A stretch of 64,000 nucleotides of DNA. It comes from Trypanosoma brucei. Taxonomy: Eukaryota. Position numbers and translations under genes: made by a program. The notes under the pieces are model-generated. The model ran no database searches. It worked only from the letters and a program-made list of their open reading frames with translations, and was not told the origin of the DNA. How positions within the stretch are numbered: the stretch's first letter is position 1; each line of letters begins with the position of its first letter. The stretch covers positions 1,536,001 to 1,600,000 of the forward strand of contig CH464491.1 in assembly GCA_000002445.1 (NCBI GenBank), given 5' to 3'. This document shows, in pieces, positions 42,697 through 54,347 of this stretch.

Positions 42697-43137
42697 TTTT
42701 ATTTTCAACTTTATTCATTTATTTAATAGAGCTTTATTTATCTATTTTTTTTTTTCGTTTGTGGAGTTAATGATATAGGTTCTTTACTTACCTCACCACC
42801 ACTCTTCTAATTTAGGCTAAGAGTAAGTGAGAAGCTTTAATGAGAAAATAAATAAATAAATGAGTCTGTAACTCACCTTTTGGTGTGGTCCTTTTGGGGG
42901 ATAATTTTTTTTTCTTAACCCTTGTGTCGACTTTTTTTAAAAAACTTTTCTGTTTCCTACTTTTTCATGATCTGTCTTTTTAACAACATCCGTTCATTAC
43001 ATGGTAATGTTCAAAAACACACACGCACAAAAAAAAAAGAAGAGTGAGAAAGGTAGCGAAGTCGCTATTCAATTGACTGGTCAGGTGGTGGAAGAGAGTG
43101 GCATTTCATCCTTTCACGACTATAGAGGTTTATAGTA

Positions 43138-43770
43138 ATGTCAGGAACAACTTCCATTCGAGAGGCGATAGCGCGGTTTGAAGATGCGGAATACAAACGT
43201 CGCACGATGGAGATGACAGAAGAGGCAAAAGCTGAAGCCCCGCGTGTTGTCGCCTCGGAGGAGGCTCGTGTTTTGCTAATTGGAATGCTACCTCCTATTG
43301 TGAAGATGGACAAGGACATTACGACGCTGGTGAATTGCGAACACCTTGCGCTCTCCACAAATGCCATTGAGAAGATAGGACCTGGGTTGAAAGAGCTCAA
43401 GAAACTAAAGGTTCTGTCACTCGGTCGAAATGCCATCCGAAAGATTGAGCAACTAGACATCCCGCATCTGGAACAACTGTGGCTCTCTTATAACAAAATC
43501 GACAAACTCACTGGACTGGATAAACTAAAGAGCCTTAAGGTGTTATATATGAGTAACAACCTTATCAGCAGTTGGACGGAGATTGACAGGTTGGCTAATC
43601 AATGCCCTGAACTCATTGAAGTACTTTTTAAAAACAACCCCATTCACAATAACGCCCCATCAGAAAAAGAGTACCGCTGTATGATATTGCAGAGGCTTCC
43701 ACGGTTGACGAAGCTCGATGGTGTACCAGTGGATCCGGAAGAGAAGGAAGAGGCGGAGCGCGGCCGGTAA
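43138..43770 (+). CDS. Axonemal outer-arm dynein light chain LC1 (DNAL1), a leucine-rich repeat protein.
   Basis: Collinear with Chlamydomonas and human LC1/DNAL1: IREAIARFED..., MLPPIVKMDKDITTLVNCEHLALSTNAIEKI..LKVLSLGRNAIRKIEQLD...LEQLWLSYNKIDKLTGLDKLKSLKVLYMSNNLISSWTEIDRLA...RLPRLTKLDGVPVD. Confidence 0.9.
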   Translation: MSGTTSIREAIARFEDAEYKRRTMEMTEEAKAEAPRVVASEEARVLLIGMLPPIVKMDKDITTLVNCEHLALSTNAIEKIGPGLKELKKLKVLSLGRNAIRKIEQLDIPHLEQLWLSYNKIDKLTGLDKLKSLKVLYMSNNLISSWTEIDRLANQCPELIEVLFKNNPIHNNAPSEKEYRCMILQRLPRLTKLDGVPVDPEEKEEAERGR

Positions 43771-44659
43771 GAGTGCATGAACGAACACATTCATACATTT
43801 ACATTAAGTTTGCATAGATGTGACTAACACACTGGTGGTGAGAAAGGGAACACAACTGAGTGCTCACATCAGGTAACAAATCTGCCGCTGCGACTCAGTG
43901 CGGTATTTTGGAAGCAGTGTGAAGACGAGACGGTAAAAAGGTGCTGAACTTCAAGTCAGTAAGTCGGCAGCTATCGGTGTGTGTATGTGCTACTCGAAAT
44001 CACTCCACGGGGTTCGTTTTTCTTTTTTTCAGATTCGGTGTTTTAGATGTACGCCTCCAAATGTGTTAAGGAGACAAAGAAATTAAAGAAAAGAGAAGGT
44101 AATGGTGAGAAGGAGGATGTAAGAGAGCCCAGAGAAAATAAAAGAATCTCTCACATATCCTCTGTTTTCTCCTCTTCTTTGTATGTGTTTTGTGTGTTTT
44201 GGTTCCTTCTGCCTTGTATGTGAGTGAAAAAATAACGTGTGGTGATGAATGGTGCAAGGGAAGGAGGAGTTGTGACCTGCTAAGGAACTGTAACTGAATT
44301 ACTTTTACCTATGTGGTGACGTGCGTAAGTAGTAGAAGCAAAGAAAGAGGAAAAGTTGGCATGTTACTGCAGTGGAGGTTTATCTCCTGTTTATGTAAAT
44401 TTGACTCCTACCACTAGGGATATCACTTCCTGACATAGTGGCAAGCTATGAAATGTTATCATTAGATGAATGAATACTTACCACTACTGTTATCATCCCC
44501 TTCACGCTGAATGGATCGTGAGGGAGTGAGATATTCAACACCTTGTGCTCAAAAGAATGCAAAATTTTTTTTTATCAGTTCAATTTAAGAACTTTTTTCC
44601 ACCACGTTTGTTTCCCCTATTGACTGTAGCTGTTTTTCAAGAAAGTGAGTGCGCACCAA

Positions 44660-47600
44660 ATGGATGGCGATGAATTATTCGTTTTAACACCCAGTGACGA
44701 TGGGGACTTAAGCCAAGCAGGAGACGAAGGGAAGGGTGGCCCCGAAGGCAATGAAAACAGAGAGGGCTCATCAACGGCAGCATCCGCTTCCATCACCGAA
44801 TTGGAGTTTCTGTTTTTACGTAAACCTTTAAATGCTCCGCTGGTCAAAGGGTCTATAACCTACGGTAAATTAAACGAAGGTAACGCGCAGAACCAACAAA
44901 GTCCACAAGTTCAGGTTGATGTGAAGAAGGAGGAATCATCGTCGTCAAACGGTGGCGTTTCACTAGGTGTGGGTAGCGATGTACAACGCGTAACAATTGA
45001 GAGTAAAACAGCAAGTACCCTTTTGTCCACGAATGTACAGGCAGAGGCGGCAGTTAATATCAGAATGCTACGTGCGATGACGTCTGCTGATGTACGTAGC
45101 GTTCTGAAACCCTTTTTCCACAAAAACCAAACCTCGATGGAATATTTCGAGAAAGTAACCACTCAGTTGAAGGAAAAAGTGATTGCTGGTAAGATTTTAG
45201 ACGAAAAGGAAAAGGACATGTTAGAACGTTGGCGACTGTTGGTGAATATATCAAACTGGGGTGACGGAAGTCGGAAAGCAGATGATGTCCTCTTTCCACC
45301 CGAACTTGTTCAACCAGCTGAAGCACTTTTGGAACCGGGGTGGAGTAGTAATAAAACGGCAGCAGACGAAACAACAGCTTGTCCACCGCCAACAAACGGT
45401 TGCAAGATATATTTGCGCGCCCATCAACTGAAGGGAATTCGTTTCATGTGGAGTATTCTGGCGGAGGGACCCGTTGGTCAGGTTCCTGCTGTTGGTTGCA
45501 TTCTTGCACACACAATGGGACTTGGGAAGACTTGTCAGGTAATCATTTTCCTTCACCTTTTCCTGGATATGTTGCGGAAAATGGGTGGAAGTTGGTACAA
45601 ATCAAAAAAAAAGCAGAGGAGGATATTAATCGTTGTACCAAAGTCGACACGGGCCGTGTGGATTGAAGAGTTTAACATGTGGTCAAAATTCTTTCCTCGC
45701 GATAAACGTATTGTTCCGTTGTCAGTGGAAGACTGCACAAGAGTAGGACAACGTGTGAGGGCGTTTAATGAATGGAAGACGAATGGTGGTGTTTTACTGG
45801 CGGGATATGAAATGCTGCTAAATGTCGCCAAGTGCATTGGAACCACTAGTCAGGAGGTATGGAACCCTTCAAGCTATGTTGATCTTCTTGTATGTGACGA
45901 AGCTCATCGTCTCAAATCTGAAAATTTACAAATTGCCAACGTGTTACGAAGCTTCAATCCACTTCGCCGGCTCCTGATCACAGGAACACCGCTGCAGAAT
46001 CACCTAAAGGAGTACTGGGCTATGGTGGACATGGCCGTTTGGAAATACTTTAACAAGCAGCGCTTCTCACAGTTCTTTGTCAGTCCAATAGAAGCCGCTG
46101 CAGACCAAAAGGCGAGCTTGGATGAGGTGACAGTTGCACGAATGAAGACTTTTGCACTTTCACGAGAGCTAAGGAATTTTGTTCAATGCGCTGATGGAAC
46201 AGCACTGAGGAAGGAACTGCCACCTTTGCACGAGTATGTTGTCGTTCTTCCGCTTTCTCAGAGTCAAGCAAAACTGTACAACGAATTTCTGCAGTTAGCA
46301 AGGCATAGTGGTGCAAGACATCGTGCCTTCCTGGAGATAGCAATAGCTATTAATAAAATTTGCGCGCATCCACAACTTCTCTATGCAACCGGATTTGCCA
46401 CAGGCGAAGAAGGACAAAGCGAAGCCTTGGGGCTACTGTCGGATGGTGAAGGGGATGATAATTTTATGACTGAATGCCCCGAGGCTGGGCAGGAAAATGT
46501 GGCCCTTCGAAGCAAACGGCGGGGGTTGTGCCAACCCCCTCCAGGGTATGTTCCCATGCCTGAAGAGGGAACCAAACTGTACGTTTCTATTTTAATAATT
46601 AAAGCGGCCGTGTTGCGGGGTGAGCGGTGCCTGTTTTTTAGTATGTCTACTAAATTGTTAGATATCTTTGAGGGCATTATAGCCGAGATGAACGATCGGT
46701 GGTTGAAGGATGGCTCTCTCAGCCGCCCCATTGTTTTCTGCAGATTGGATGGCCGTAAGACAGAGTGGGAACGGTCTGAGGCGCTACGGTCCTTTGCCTC
46801 GTCTACTGGTGCTGACCTTTTCCTTTTGAGTACTAAAGCGGGTGGTATCGGGTTGACCATTACATCCGCAACCCGTGTCATAATAGCGGATGGTAGTTTT
46901 AACCCTGCTGACGACACACAAGCTATTGGACGTGCGTATCGATATGGGCAGACTCAACCGGTTTACGCATACCGCCTTGTTTGCTATCAAACCTTTGAAC
47001 ACCGTATGTTTCAGCAGAAGTTGGCAAAGGAGTGGCTCTTCCGCACGGTTGTGGAAGAAGCCTCGTTGAAACGTGATTCGTTGTCAGGGCTCCGAATACA
47101 ACCCATTTATGAACTTCTAAACAGCAAACAAAATGTGAGAAGTGGGCCCCAACAATTGACCGACGAGCAGCGCCAATCAACAACCTCCATCACCTCTGAG
47201 GATGCCGTACTCGCCGATGTGTCGAAACACATTCTGTACGCTGAGCGACATTCCATGTTTCTACAACGGGATGAAACTACCAACCTCACTGCTGAAGAGC
47301 GATTTTTCCGGGAGGAGTATGAAAAGAACCGCCTGTTTGACACGGATAACATGCCGGATCCGGTGGAGGGAGCTCAATTGCGGGAGGTGTGGAAACAAAA
47401 CTTTCATAAAAGTCAGTTGGAGCCCCAGGCCAAAACGCTGGGTGCTTTGCTAGATAACATAATTAAGTCACGTGCCGAAGCAGACCCACAACTGGCTGAC
47501 CTCCTGAGTAAGATGGGCATTGTAAGGAAAGGAATTGATAATCTTGTGGTTGATGCAAGTGATGAACCAAACAATTCAGAAGTTACGGAGCGGCCGCAAG

Positions 47601-47866
47601 CAAACCAAAGGAATAGTCGCCGCGACGATGAAAATGAGTCGAAGGGTTACTTGCCTGAACCCAAAGCCCCACGCCTGGAGTCGGTTCCCCGCGTCCGGCG
47701 AGGTTTGGGGGGAAACACTTCCGCACAAAGTGTGCTTTCCCATTCTAATGCTGATAGCAGTTGTGTTGGCCCCTTCGAACCGCTTGTCGATCCAAAATTT
47801 TACGGAGAACTGCGACATGGGGGGAGCCCCTATCGACCCATATACGTTGATGACGATACTGTCTAG
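44660..47866 (+). CDS. SNF2-family DNA-dependent ATPase, ATRX/ARIP4/RAD54-like. Track start is GTG 44645.
   Basis: Motif I is ILAHTMGLGKTCQVI, motif II is LLVCDEAHRLKSEN, motif III is LLITGTPLQNHLKEYWAMVDM. The helicase-C region is CRLDGRKTEWERSEALRSF...LFLLSTKAGGIGLTITSATRVIIADGSFNPADDTQAIGRAYRYGQTQPVYAYRLV. Confidence 0.85.
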   Translation: MDGDELFVLTPSDDGDLSQAGDEGKGGPEGNENREGSSTAASASITELEFLFLRKPLNAPLVKGSITYGKLNEGNAQNQQSPQVQVDVKKEESSSSNGGVSLGVGSDVQRVTIESKTASTLLSTNVQAEAAVNIRMLRAMTSADVRSVLKPFFHKNQTSMEYFEKVTTQLKEKVIAGKILDEKEKDMLERWRLLVNISNWGDGSRKADDVLFPPELVQPAEALLEPGWSSNKTAADETTACPPPTNGCKIYLRAHQLKGIRFMWSILAEGPVGQVPAVGCILAHTMGLGKTCQVIIFLHLFLDMLRKMGGSWYKSKKKQRRILIVVPKSTRAVWIEEFNMWSKFFPRDKRIVPLSVEDCTRVGQRVRAFNEWKTNGGVLLAGYEMLLNVAKCIGTTSQEVWNPSSYVDLLVCDEAHRLKSENLQIANVLRSFNPLRRLLITGTPLQNHLKEYWAMVDMAVWKYFNKQRFSQFFVSPIEAAADQKASLDEVTVARMKTFALSRELRNFVQCADGTALRKELPPLHEYVVVLPLSQSQAKLYNEFLQLARHSGARHRAFLEIAIAINKICAHPQLLYATGFATGEEGQSEALGLLSDGEGDDNFMTECPEAGQENVALRSKRRGLCQPPPGYVPMPEEGTKLYVSILIIKAAVLRGERCLFFSMSTKLLDIFEGIIAEMNDRWLKDGSLSRPIVFCRLDGRKTEWERSEALRSFASSTGADLFLLSTKAGGIGLTITSATRVIIADGSFNPADDTQAIGRAYRYGQTQPVYAYRLVCYQTFEHRMFQQKLAKEWLFRTVVEEASLKRDSLSGLRIQPIYELLNSKQNVRSGPQQLTDEQRQSTTSITSEDAVLADVSKHILYAERHSMFLQRDETTNLTAEERFFREEYEKNRLFDTDNMPDPVEGAQLREVWKQNFHKSQLEPQAKTLGALLDNIIKSRAEADPQLADLLSKMGIVRKGIDNLVVDASDEPNNSEVTERPQANQRNSRRDDENESKGYLPEPKAPRLESVPRVRRGLGGNTSAQSVLSHSNADSSCVGPFEPLVDPKFYGELRHGGSPYRPIYVDDDTV

Positions 47867-48593
47867 AAACAAAGCCACGTTATGTGAGCATGTTTGGAAA
47901 TATTTTTGTGCGCTATCGGTTAATTGGAGATATCACCTCTTAAGTAACATCACTTGTACCTTCTACCTTTGCTTCCCCCTTCTTTCCTTTCCCTCTCAGA
48001 CATGCAAAAACGTTATTTTTCACTTGTGGTGACGGAATAGAAAAAAAGAGTGAAGAAAACACAAGTAGCTTACTTCAGCAGTTCTGATTGAACAATCAGC
48101 TTCGAAATAACATTTGATGGGGACAGAAATAGAGAGAGATAAAAGGGCAAAGTGAGGTAATTGTAATGTGTTGCCCTCTACATTTTTGTATTGCTGCCGA
48201 AATTAATCTCCCTCTTCCCTGCAATCTGCTGGTAGCGTTGCCATAGTTACTGGTTTACAGTTTTAGTTATGGAAAAAAAATCCTTCGAGAGTTTTCTTGC
48301 ATTTCCTGGAGACCCCTTTCCTACCCGCTGTGTCATTGCTGGCAATATTGCCTTTTTGTTTTCTCCACACTCTTTGCTTCGCAATTATCATCGTATGACC
48401 ACTACTTGACCAAGTAACTCGTGGTGGTTTGGTTCGGTCCCCCTCCTCTCGTGCTACGAATTGCGACCCTCACCAAGACAAGGCAGAGAAGGGGAGAAGA
48501 GTGAAACTGCGATATAGGGCTAGGGGTAGTAACTCCTTCAGAAGGAAAAAAAAAGAGTTAAGACAAAGAAAAACGCGTAGCACTTCAGGAGAA

Positions 48594-51500
48594 ATGATGG
48601 GAGAGCAGGAGAACGTTCGTTTCCTTTCCCCCACTGGAATTGTGCCGTTCGCGGCGGACTCACCGCGGGGATCAGATGTGATTCGCCGCTCATTTTCTCT
48701 GCCCGCAGCAACCGTAACTTTCTCGCTTCGGCAACTCAATCGCGACAAGTGCGAAATTGCCACACCAGTAGCCGTCGAGAACTGTTTCCAAGTGTTGCAA
48801 CGGCACTTTGAACCCTATATCTCAGCTAGTGCGGTTTGCAACACTTGCCTCCCGGGTAGCAGGCTTTATTTGCGATTTAACAAACTTACAAATGCTACCT
48901 TTCATTCGGAGCCCTCCTTACTGAACGTATATGTTTACGCAGTAGATCAAGCAGAGTCACGGACCCGTGCACTTCATGGCGCGGTGCGTGAGTGGCAGAG
49001 TATGATGAAGACAAGTACGGAGGGGAGTTGTTTAGTTATGCTTTATCACCAGGATCTTGTTGATGCAACGTCAACAAGTGCCGTGCAAGCTGCGGTTTTC
49101 GGTGGCGAAATAAAAATGCCAGATCAACGCAAGGCAGAGGCAGCTGCCTCTGCCATGGGACCTTATTTTGATGAACTGGGAGCGATGAAGTTTGGACCAC
49201 AGCAAATGTGCTCTTATTTACCCAATGAGGCCCCTACCCGCATAATCGAGCGGTTAACTGCTGCGTACCGTAATCTCACAATACAACTGACTAATATCTT
49301 CAACGCTTCACAGCAGCGGAGACCCGCCTATACGCCTCGCGGAGACACAGGTTTGAATTCCCCTCCAAATGAAGCATGGAGCTTACAGAGGTGTTGGCGT
49401 GCCGGGTACGATTTGGCTGCGCATTATCTTCAATTTGGTGCTGTAAACAAGGCAATGGCCATATTTTCCCGGATGTTTGATGTGTACTACTATCATTCAG
49501 ACGATTACAATTTTTTGACGAAGAAAGAGTCAATTGAACAATTGATAAGATTAAGCGACATGTTTCATCCTGCATCTTTCCCGGTCCAGCAGGGTAGATA
49601 CCCCTCTGTTTTGCAAGATGCCGCAGAACCTGGCGCTGGCCTCCTTTTCATTGTAGTGTGTGAGATGAAGTGTGCCTTGCTGTTGGAGAGGCGCGATTTG
49701 GCCTTTGCTCGCTTTAATTCATTTTTACAGTTAGCGCGAGAGAAATTCGCTGAAGATGGTGAATCTACCAAGGTCACTAACTCCTTGCAAATTGTTTTCC
49801 TGCTTCGTTTTGCTATAACTGCGATGCAAACGAACTGGGCTCATAATGGGGCGTTGGATGACCATTCTGAAGCAAGATGTGATGGATCAGAAGCATCGTT
49901 AAGCGAACGCCAGCAGTCGCATGAGTCTTCGCAACGGAATCAACCGCACCCACAGCAGGCGCAATCGGTGACTGATATGAGCTCGCCTCTGAGAAGTGGT
50001 GATCAACCCCACGACTCTATTAGTGTGTCGGTGTTTTCCGGCAACAGCTCTATGTCGATGCCTTGGCCAGATGCCGAGGTGGAATTAGGCAAAGAGGTGA
50101 TTCACGAAACCGTTGATGTTGATCAGTCGCCAGACACCACCAAACGACTGAAAGAACTATGCAGAATGCTTAAACTAGAGTGGGTTGAAAAAAGCGTGGA
50201 AAGTGGTGGCGATAAGTTGTTCGTTCAGTTGGCAGATGAGGTATTGGAGCTAGTTTCTGATGCAGGTGCTCTTCTCGGCTATAGTGAAACCGGTGAAGTG
50301 GTGAAGGAAAGTGCAGTCGCAACATTTGGGGTTCCAGAGGTAGATTCCGTTGATGCCTTTGTTTCGTTTTACCGAGCGCTCACTGAAGCAGTAGCGCTCT
50401 ACTACCGCCTTCTCAACTATCGGCACCGCGAACACGCACTCCTTTACAAATTAGCATGTTCGTTTTCCGTAAAAGAACCCGAAAAAACAGTGAGGCTATG
50501 CCAGATTTGCCTCCTTCCATTTGTACAACAGTGTGGATGGCTCCAACTCCAGGTAATCATTCACCGCCTTTTGGTGGAGGCCATGGAACGTGTCATATGC
50601 CAACGCAAAGATCAGCAGCGGTTCGTACTTGAAGAAGATGTCACTTCAATGAAGGAGTCACTGTTGCGTCTCATCGCCGCGTGTGGAGAAAATGAACCGT
50701 TAAAACGGGAGATTGAGATGCTGGGGGGAAAAGGGTTGAATGCAGGGTCACTGTGGTGTCGCTTGCGGCGCTTCATGAGGGACGAGGGTTCGTTCCGTTT
50801 TTCACTTACAGAAGAAAATGGACCGAAGCAGGTATACGATGATGAAGGGGGTTCTGATGAGAATGCCGTTGGTTTATCGTGCTTCAAACTAACTGGTTTA
50901 TTAAAATACGCACAAGCCACTTGTCTGCGTAACAAGCCTATATTGGGTGATGCGAGTGAGTTTGGACTACTTGTCGCATCAAATGGTGGTGGCGACGACG
51001 GTAGTAGGGGATCATCTATTGGGCTGCAAGTTAACATTGGTGATACACTATATCTGTGCTTTGAGGCGCGTTGTCTGTTCAACATCCTTGAGTGTGATGA
51101 TGAGGAAGAGCAATCACAGGGACCCCATATGACTGAATCTCTCGTTCCCAGCGCTACGCTGGTGTCGAAGAAAGATTGGGACGATGATGATGAAACAATC
51201 CATATCGTGGACGTTGTGGACATTATATCCACTTACTATTCGGAACAGAACCAAAAAGTACAGTGGGTGTGGGAATTTAGGGCCTGTCACGCGGGTAATT
51301 ACCGTCTTCATGATATAACGTTCCAGGTAGGTGTGACAAAACTTGTGTACGAGCATAACGTAATTCCCCCTCTTCCTTCTGTAGAGATGTTTACCCCTAC
51401 CGAAACTACAGGCTCTCCCTTGAACAGCTTCCGTTGTGACTTCGATAAGGCGGAAACTGTGGCTTTGGGATGTCTTTTTACAGTTCCAGAACCGGATTTG

Positions 51501-53756
51501 GGTATTAAGATGCAATTGGCACCCGTAGGGGAGCCGCATTGCTTTGGCGATTCGCTAACCTTCTTTGACGTCCAAATTGATCTGGAGGAGCCATTGCTTT
51601 GTATGAGGAGCACACCCGCTTCAACTGTGGACACAGCAGGTATCGGGGGAGGAAAAGATAGTCACACAACCGTTAACTCAATTGGTGTCGTGGGAAATAC
51701 GTGTAGGTTTGAGTCCCTTAGTTTGCAAGTGCCTGCATCTCTCGGTGTAAGAACGTTGACAGATGGCGGAACTTGTACGATGTTGTCATTGGATTGTCGC
51801 TCTACGCTAAATGACACGGCAACGTCTACAACGATGTCTGTGCAACATGACTCGTCGACACTGGCCTGCCTCTTCCTGACGCGGCCGAAGAATTGTCCAC
51901 CCTTGCGACTGTCAAATCAATGCACCTCTGTTTTACAGGGTTTGACCCGTAGTGGAAGGGGTAACTCTGCGCCGCTCGTGAATGACGTGATCGCGTGGCT
52001 TGTGGAAGGTGATGGGCAGAGGGACAGTTCGCTCCTTATTGTCCGTGTCAAGCACATCACTGGTGCTTTTACCACTGTTCCCATTAACGAGAGTTTTGTC
52101 ATGTCACAACTCCCACCCGTTGTCACACGTGACGGAGAGAACAGTACCGATGGTGAGACCACAAAAAAAATTGATAGGATTGCGCAAGATGTACTTCCTG
52201 TACACTTGGATGGTAGCATTTGGCCACACCGAAAGCAGCAAAGTTGCTTCCGTATTTGTCTAGATGACCATGATGAGGAAAAAATTGACATGCAAAAGCA
52301 AAGTAAAGCAGTGGGGGACAGTAACAAAAGTGGTGAGGGGCTGCCGATACAAACCAACCAGCTGCGCTTGTCGCTACCTTTGCTTCCCTTATATACGACA
52401 CTGTCCGAAGAACGTGCGCATCTGTCCATCTGTCGCGAGGGTCATATGGACCCCAGTGGCGGCGACAACCGTGTCAGCGTTCCCATTCCCTACAAAATGA
52501 CAGCAGCTTTCGCTGTGCAATACTCTTTCAAGTGCCATCAAGGTCGCGTTTACTGTCTTGTGCGAGCGAAAAATGTGATGAAGGGAACATCGCTTTGGCT
52601 TCGCGGCGCGCTACTTGAGTTAGTGGATGGGGATCGGTATTATGAACTGTCCCGCGTGTCGTCTGCTCTGGATCACTTGATGTTACGTGAGTGGAAGCCG
52701 GAGGAGTCGGTTCACTTGTTCTTCGAACTTGCACCTTCGTCCAATGCGCCACCGCAGGTGGATGAGAGACGCCACAGTGTAAGGGTGCAGTTAATTTATT
52801 CCAATTGGTCTGTAACGGAGAGGCTGAAACCCATGGAAGAGTATATCCTACGACCAATCCGATCTTCTGGCACCAAATTACCTTCCCCTATGGCGGAAAC
52901 TGCCCATTTTTCCGGTGTGATGAAGAGCAGTAGCAACTGGATGGAGCACACTAACGATACTCCACTGAGTCCCGCTTCGACAGAAACTCTGGAAGCGGAG
53001 ATAGGAGATGAACCGGAGGTAAATGCGGAGGTGGTGCGGGTTCAGTACGATATTTCTCATTTAGAAAAGTTGTACAGTTCGTGTAACACATTTAACGGTC
53101 CTCTGGCGAGTTTTACATCCAAGCATTCATGCCTCTTCAACGTTGATATTACCGCACAACCTCTCACGTGGAGTTCGGCGGGCCCAAACAAGACACCCAA
53201 GTCGATTTCTCTGGAGGCAAACAGATCCTCTCTCGGATGCACGATTGAGTTTACTGACGGGCCCGGCGCCAGGTATCTACCGGGTGATTGTGTTTTCCCC
53301 GTTGGTGAGCCCGTTCAATTCACCGTTACATTAGATCCTCTTGCACACAACTGGCCGGAGGACAGTGCGAGTGAAGAGGAGTTCATCGTCTGTCTAAAGG
53401 TTGACCCCGCATTTTGGTTTGCGGTTGGTAAACAAAGGTTGCGGTGCAGGCTGTCCATGATGGAGGAAACGGTTCTTCGCTTCACGGCGATACCTCTACC
53501 ACCGGGGGAAGAAGGCACGCACCGTGCAGTGTCGGTCGATTATCCCCTCCATCAATATCAAGTGATTGGAAATATCCGAAAGAAGGGCAGTGATGAGAGG
53601 GTTGAAGGCGAATTCAATGTTCCCACACCAACAGTTGAACTCCACTCGATACCGCGTCAAAGTGTAAGTGAAACCGACGGAGCGAAACAAGGGGAAAATG
53701 TGGCTATTGAAGTGGTTCAGTTCAGTGCGCTCATGCGAATACGACAACAACAATGA
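48594..53756 (+). CDS. Very large (~1720 aa) conserved hypothetical protein. The track ORF begins at 48429 (non-ATG); the first in-frame ATG is at 48594.
   Basis: 5.3 kb uninterrupted ORF on the sense strand. The N-terminal half is helical, the C-terminal third is beta-rich. No catalytic motif recognised. Possibly a tethering or trafficking-complex scaffold (speculative). Confidence 0.5.
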   Translation: MMGEQENVRFLSPTGIVPFAADSPRGSDVIRRSFSLPAATVTFSLRQLNRDKCEIATPVAVENCFQVLQRHFEPYISASAVCNTCLPGSRLYLRFNKLTNATFHSEPSLLNVYVYAVDQAESRTRALHGAVREWQSMMKTSTEGSCLVMLYHQDLVDATSTSAVQAAVFGGEIKMPDQRKAEAAASAMGPYFDELGAMKFGPQQMCSYLPNEAPTRIIERLTAAYRNLTIQLTNIFNASQQRRPAYTPRGDTGLNSPPNEAWSLQRCWRAGYDLAAHYLQFGAVNKAMAIFSRMFDVYYYHSDDYNFLTKKESIEQLIRLSDMFHPASFPVQQGRYPSVLQDAAEPGAGLLFIVVCEMKCALLLERRDLAFARFNSFLQLAREKFAEDGESTKVTNSLQIVFLLRFAITAMQTNWAHNGALDDHSEARCDGSEASLSERQQSHESSQRNQPHPQQAQSVTDMSSPLRSGDQPHDSISVSVFSGNSSMSMPWPDAEVELGKEVIHETVDVDQSPDTTKRLKELCRMLKLEWVEKSVESGGDKLFVQLADEVLELVSDAGALLGYSETGEVVKESAVATFGVPEVDSVDAFVSFYRALTEAVALYYRLLNYRHREHALLYKLACSFSVKEPEKTVRLCQICLLPFVQQCGWLQLQVIIHRLLVEAMERVICQRKDQQRFVLEEDVTSMKESLLRLIAACGENEPLKREIEMLGGKGLNAGSLWCRLRRFMRDEGSFRFSLTEENGPKQVYDDEGGSDENAVGLSCFKLTGLLKYAQATCLRNKPILGDASEFGLLVASNGGGDDGSRGSSIGLQVNIGDTLYLCFEARCLFNILECDDEEEQSQGPHMTESLVPSATLVSKKDWDDDDETIHIVDVVDIISTYYSEQNQKVQWVWEFRACHAGNYRLHDITFQVGVTKLVYEHNVIPPLPSVEMFTPTETTGSPLNSFRCDFDKAETVALGCLFTVPEPDLGIKMQLAPVGEPHCFGDSLTFFDVQIDLEEPLLCMRSTPASTVDTAGIGGGKDSHTTVNSIGVVGNTCRFESLSLQVPASLGVRTLTDGGTCTMLSLDCRSTLNDTATSTTMSVQHDSSTLACLFLTRPKNCPPLRLSNQCTSVLQGLTRSGRGNSAPLVNDVIAWLVEGDGQRDSSLLIVRVKHITGAFTTVPINESFVMSQLPPVVTRDGENSTDGETTKKIDRIAQDVLPVHLDGSIWPHRKQQSCFRICLDDHDEEKIDMQKQSKAVGDSNKSGEGLPIQTNQLRLSLPLLPLYTTLSEERAHLSICREGHMDPSGGDNRVSVPIPYKMTAAFAVQYSFKCHQGRVYCLVRAKNVMKGTSLWLRGALLELVDGDRYYELSRVSSALDHLMLREWKPEESVHLFFELAPSSNAPPQVDERRHSVRVQLIYSNWSVTERLKPMEEYILRPIRSSGTKLPSPMAETAHFSGVMKSSSNWMEHTNDTPLSPASTETLEAEIGDEPEVNAEVVRVQYDISHLEKLYSSCNTFNGPLASFTSKHSCLFNVDITAQPLTWSSAGPNKTPKSISLEANRSSLGCTIEFTDGPGARYLPGDCVFPVGEPVQFTVTLDPLAHNWPEDSASEEEFIVCLKVDPAFWFAVGKQRLRCRLSMMEETVLRFTAIPLPPGEEGTHRAVSVDYPLHQYQVIGNIRKKGSDERVEGEFNVPTPTVELHSIPRQSVSETDGAKQGENVAIEVVQFSALMRIRQQQ

Positions 53757-54347
53757 ATGGACATACGGTATGAGTGGGATCGGTGCTGAAGAAATAGTTA
53801 ACGTGGGCGATATTTCGAACGTGGTGCTGTTGCGTAAGAAGCGGTTGTAATGGCTACTGAGACTCACTAACCATAAAACGCTAAGCTTTGCTTTTTTTTT
53901 TGCCCTATTTTGTCGTTACATCGGTGTGATGCTCTAAAAAGAAAAAGAGGATTGCAGCTGCCTAATACTGGTGATGGGCATATACTCACATGTCGTTTTC
54001 ACACATGTCATCTTTGATATACCTCACTGTTCTTTCGTTTTCCTACTTCCTTTACCGCCAAAACTACTGCTGAGTGTACTGTTAATGCCTCTTTTCGTTA
54101 TTCCTAGTGGCTCCCCTCCCGTCTCGTTTATACCATTTACAAAATGTTTGCAGTCGCAGAGTTCTGCACTTAAACAAAAATATATATATATATATAGTTT
54201 GGTGGGAATACGTGCTTTTCCCTTTGCCTTTACATACTCTTTACATTTAGTGGGTTTGATCATTGTATTCACAACCGTGTGTTGTCTGTTGTCGTCATCC
54301 ACAAGAAAAAAATATTGCTAATATCGGTACAACTTAGGGTACTGGTA

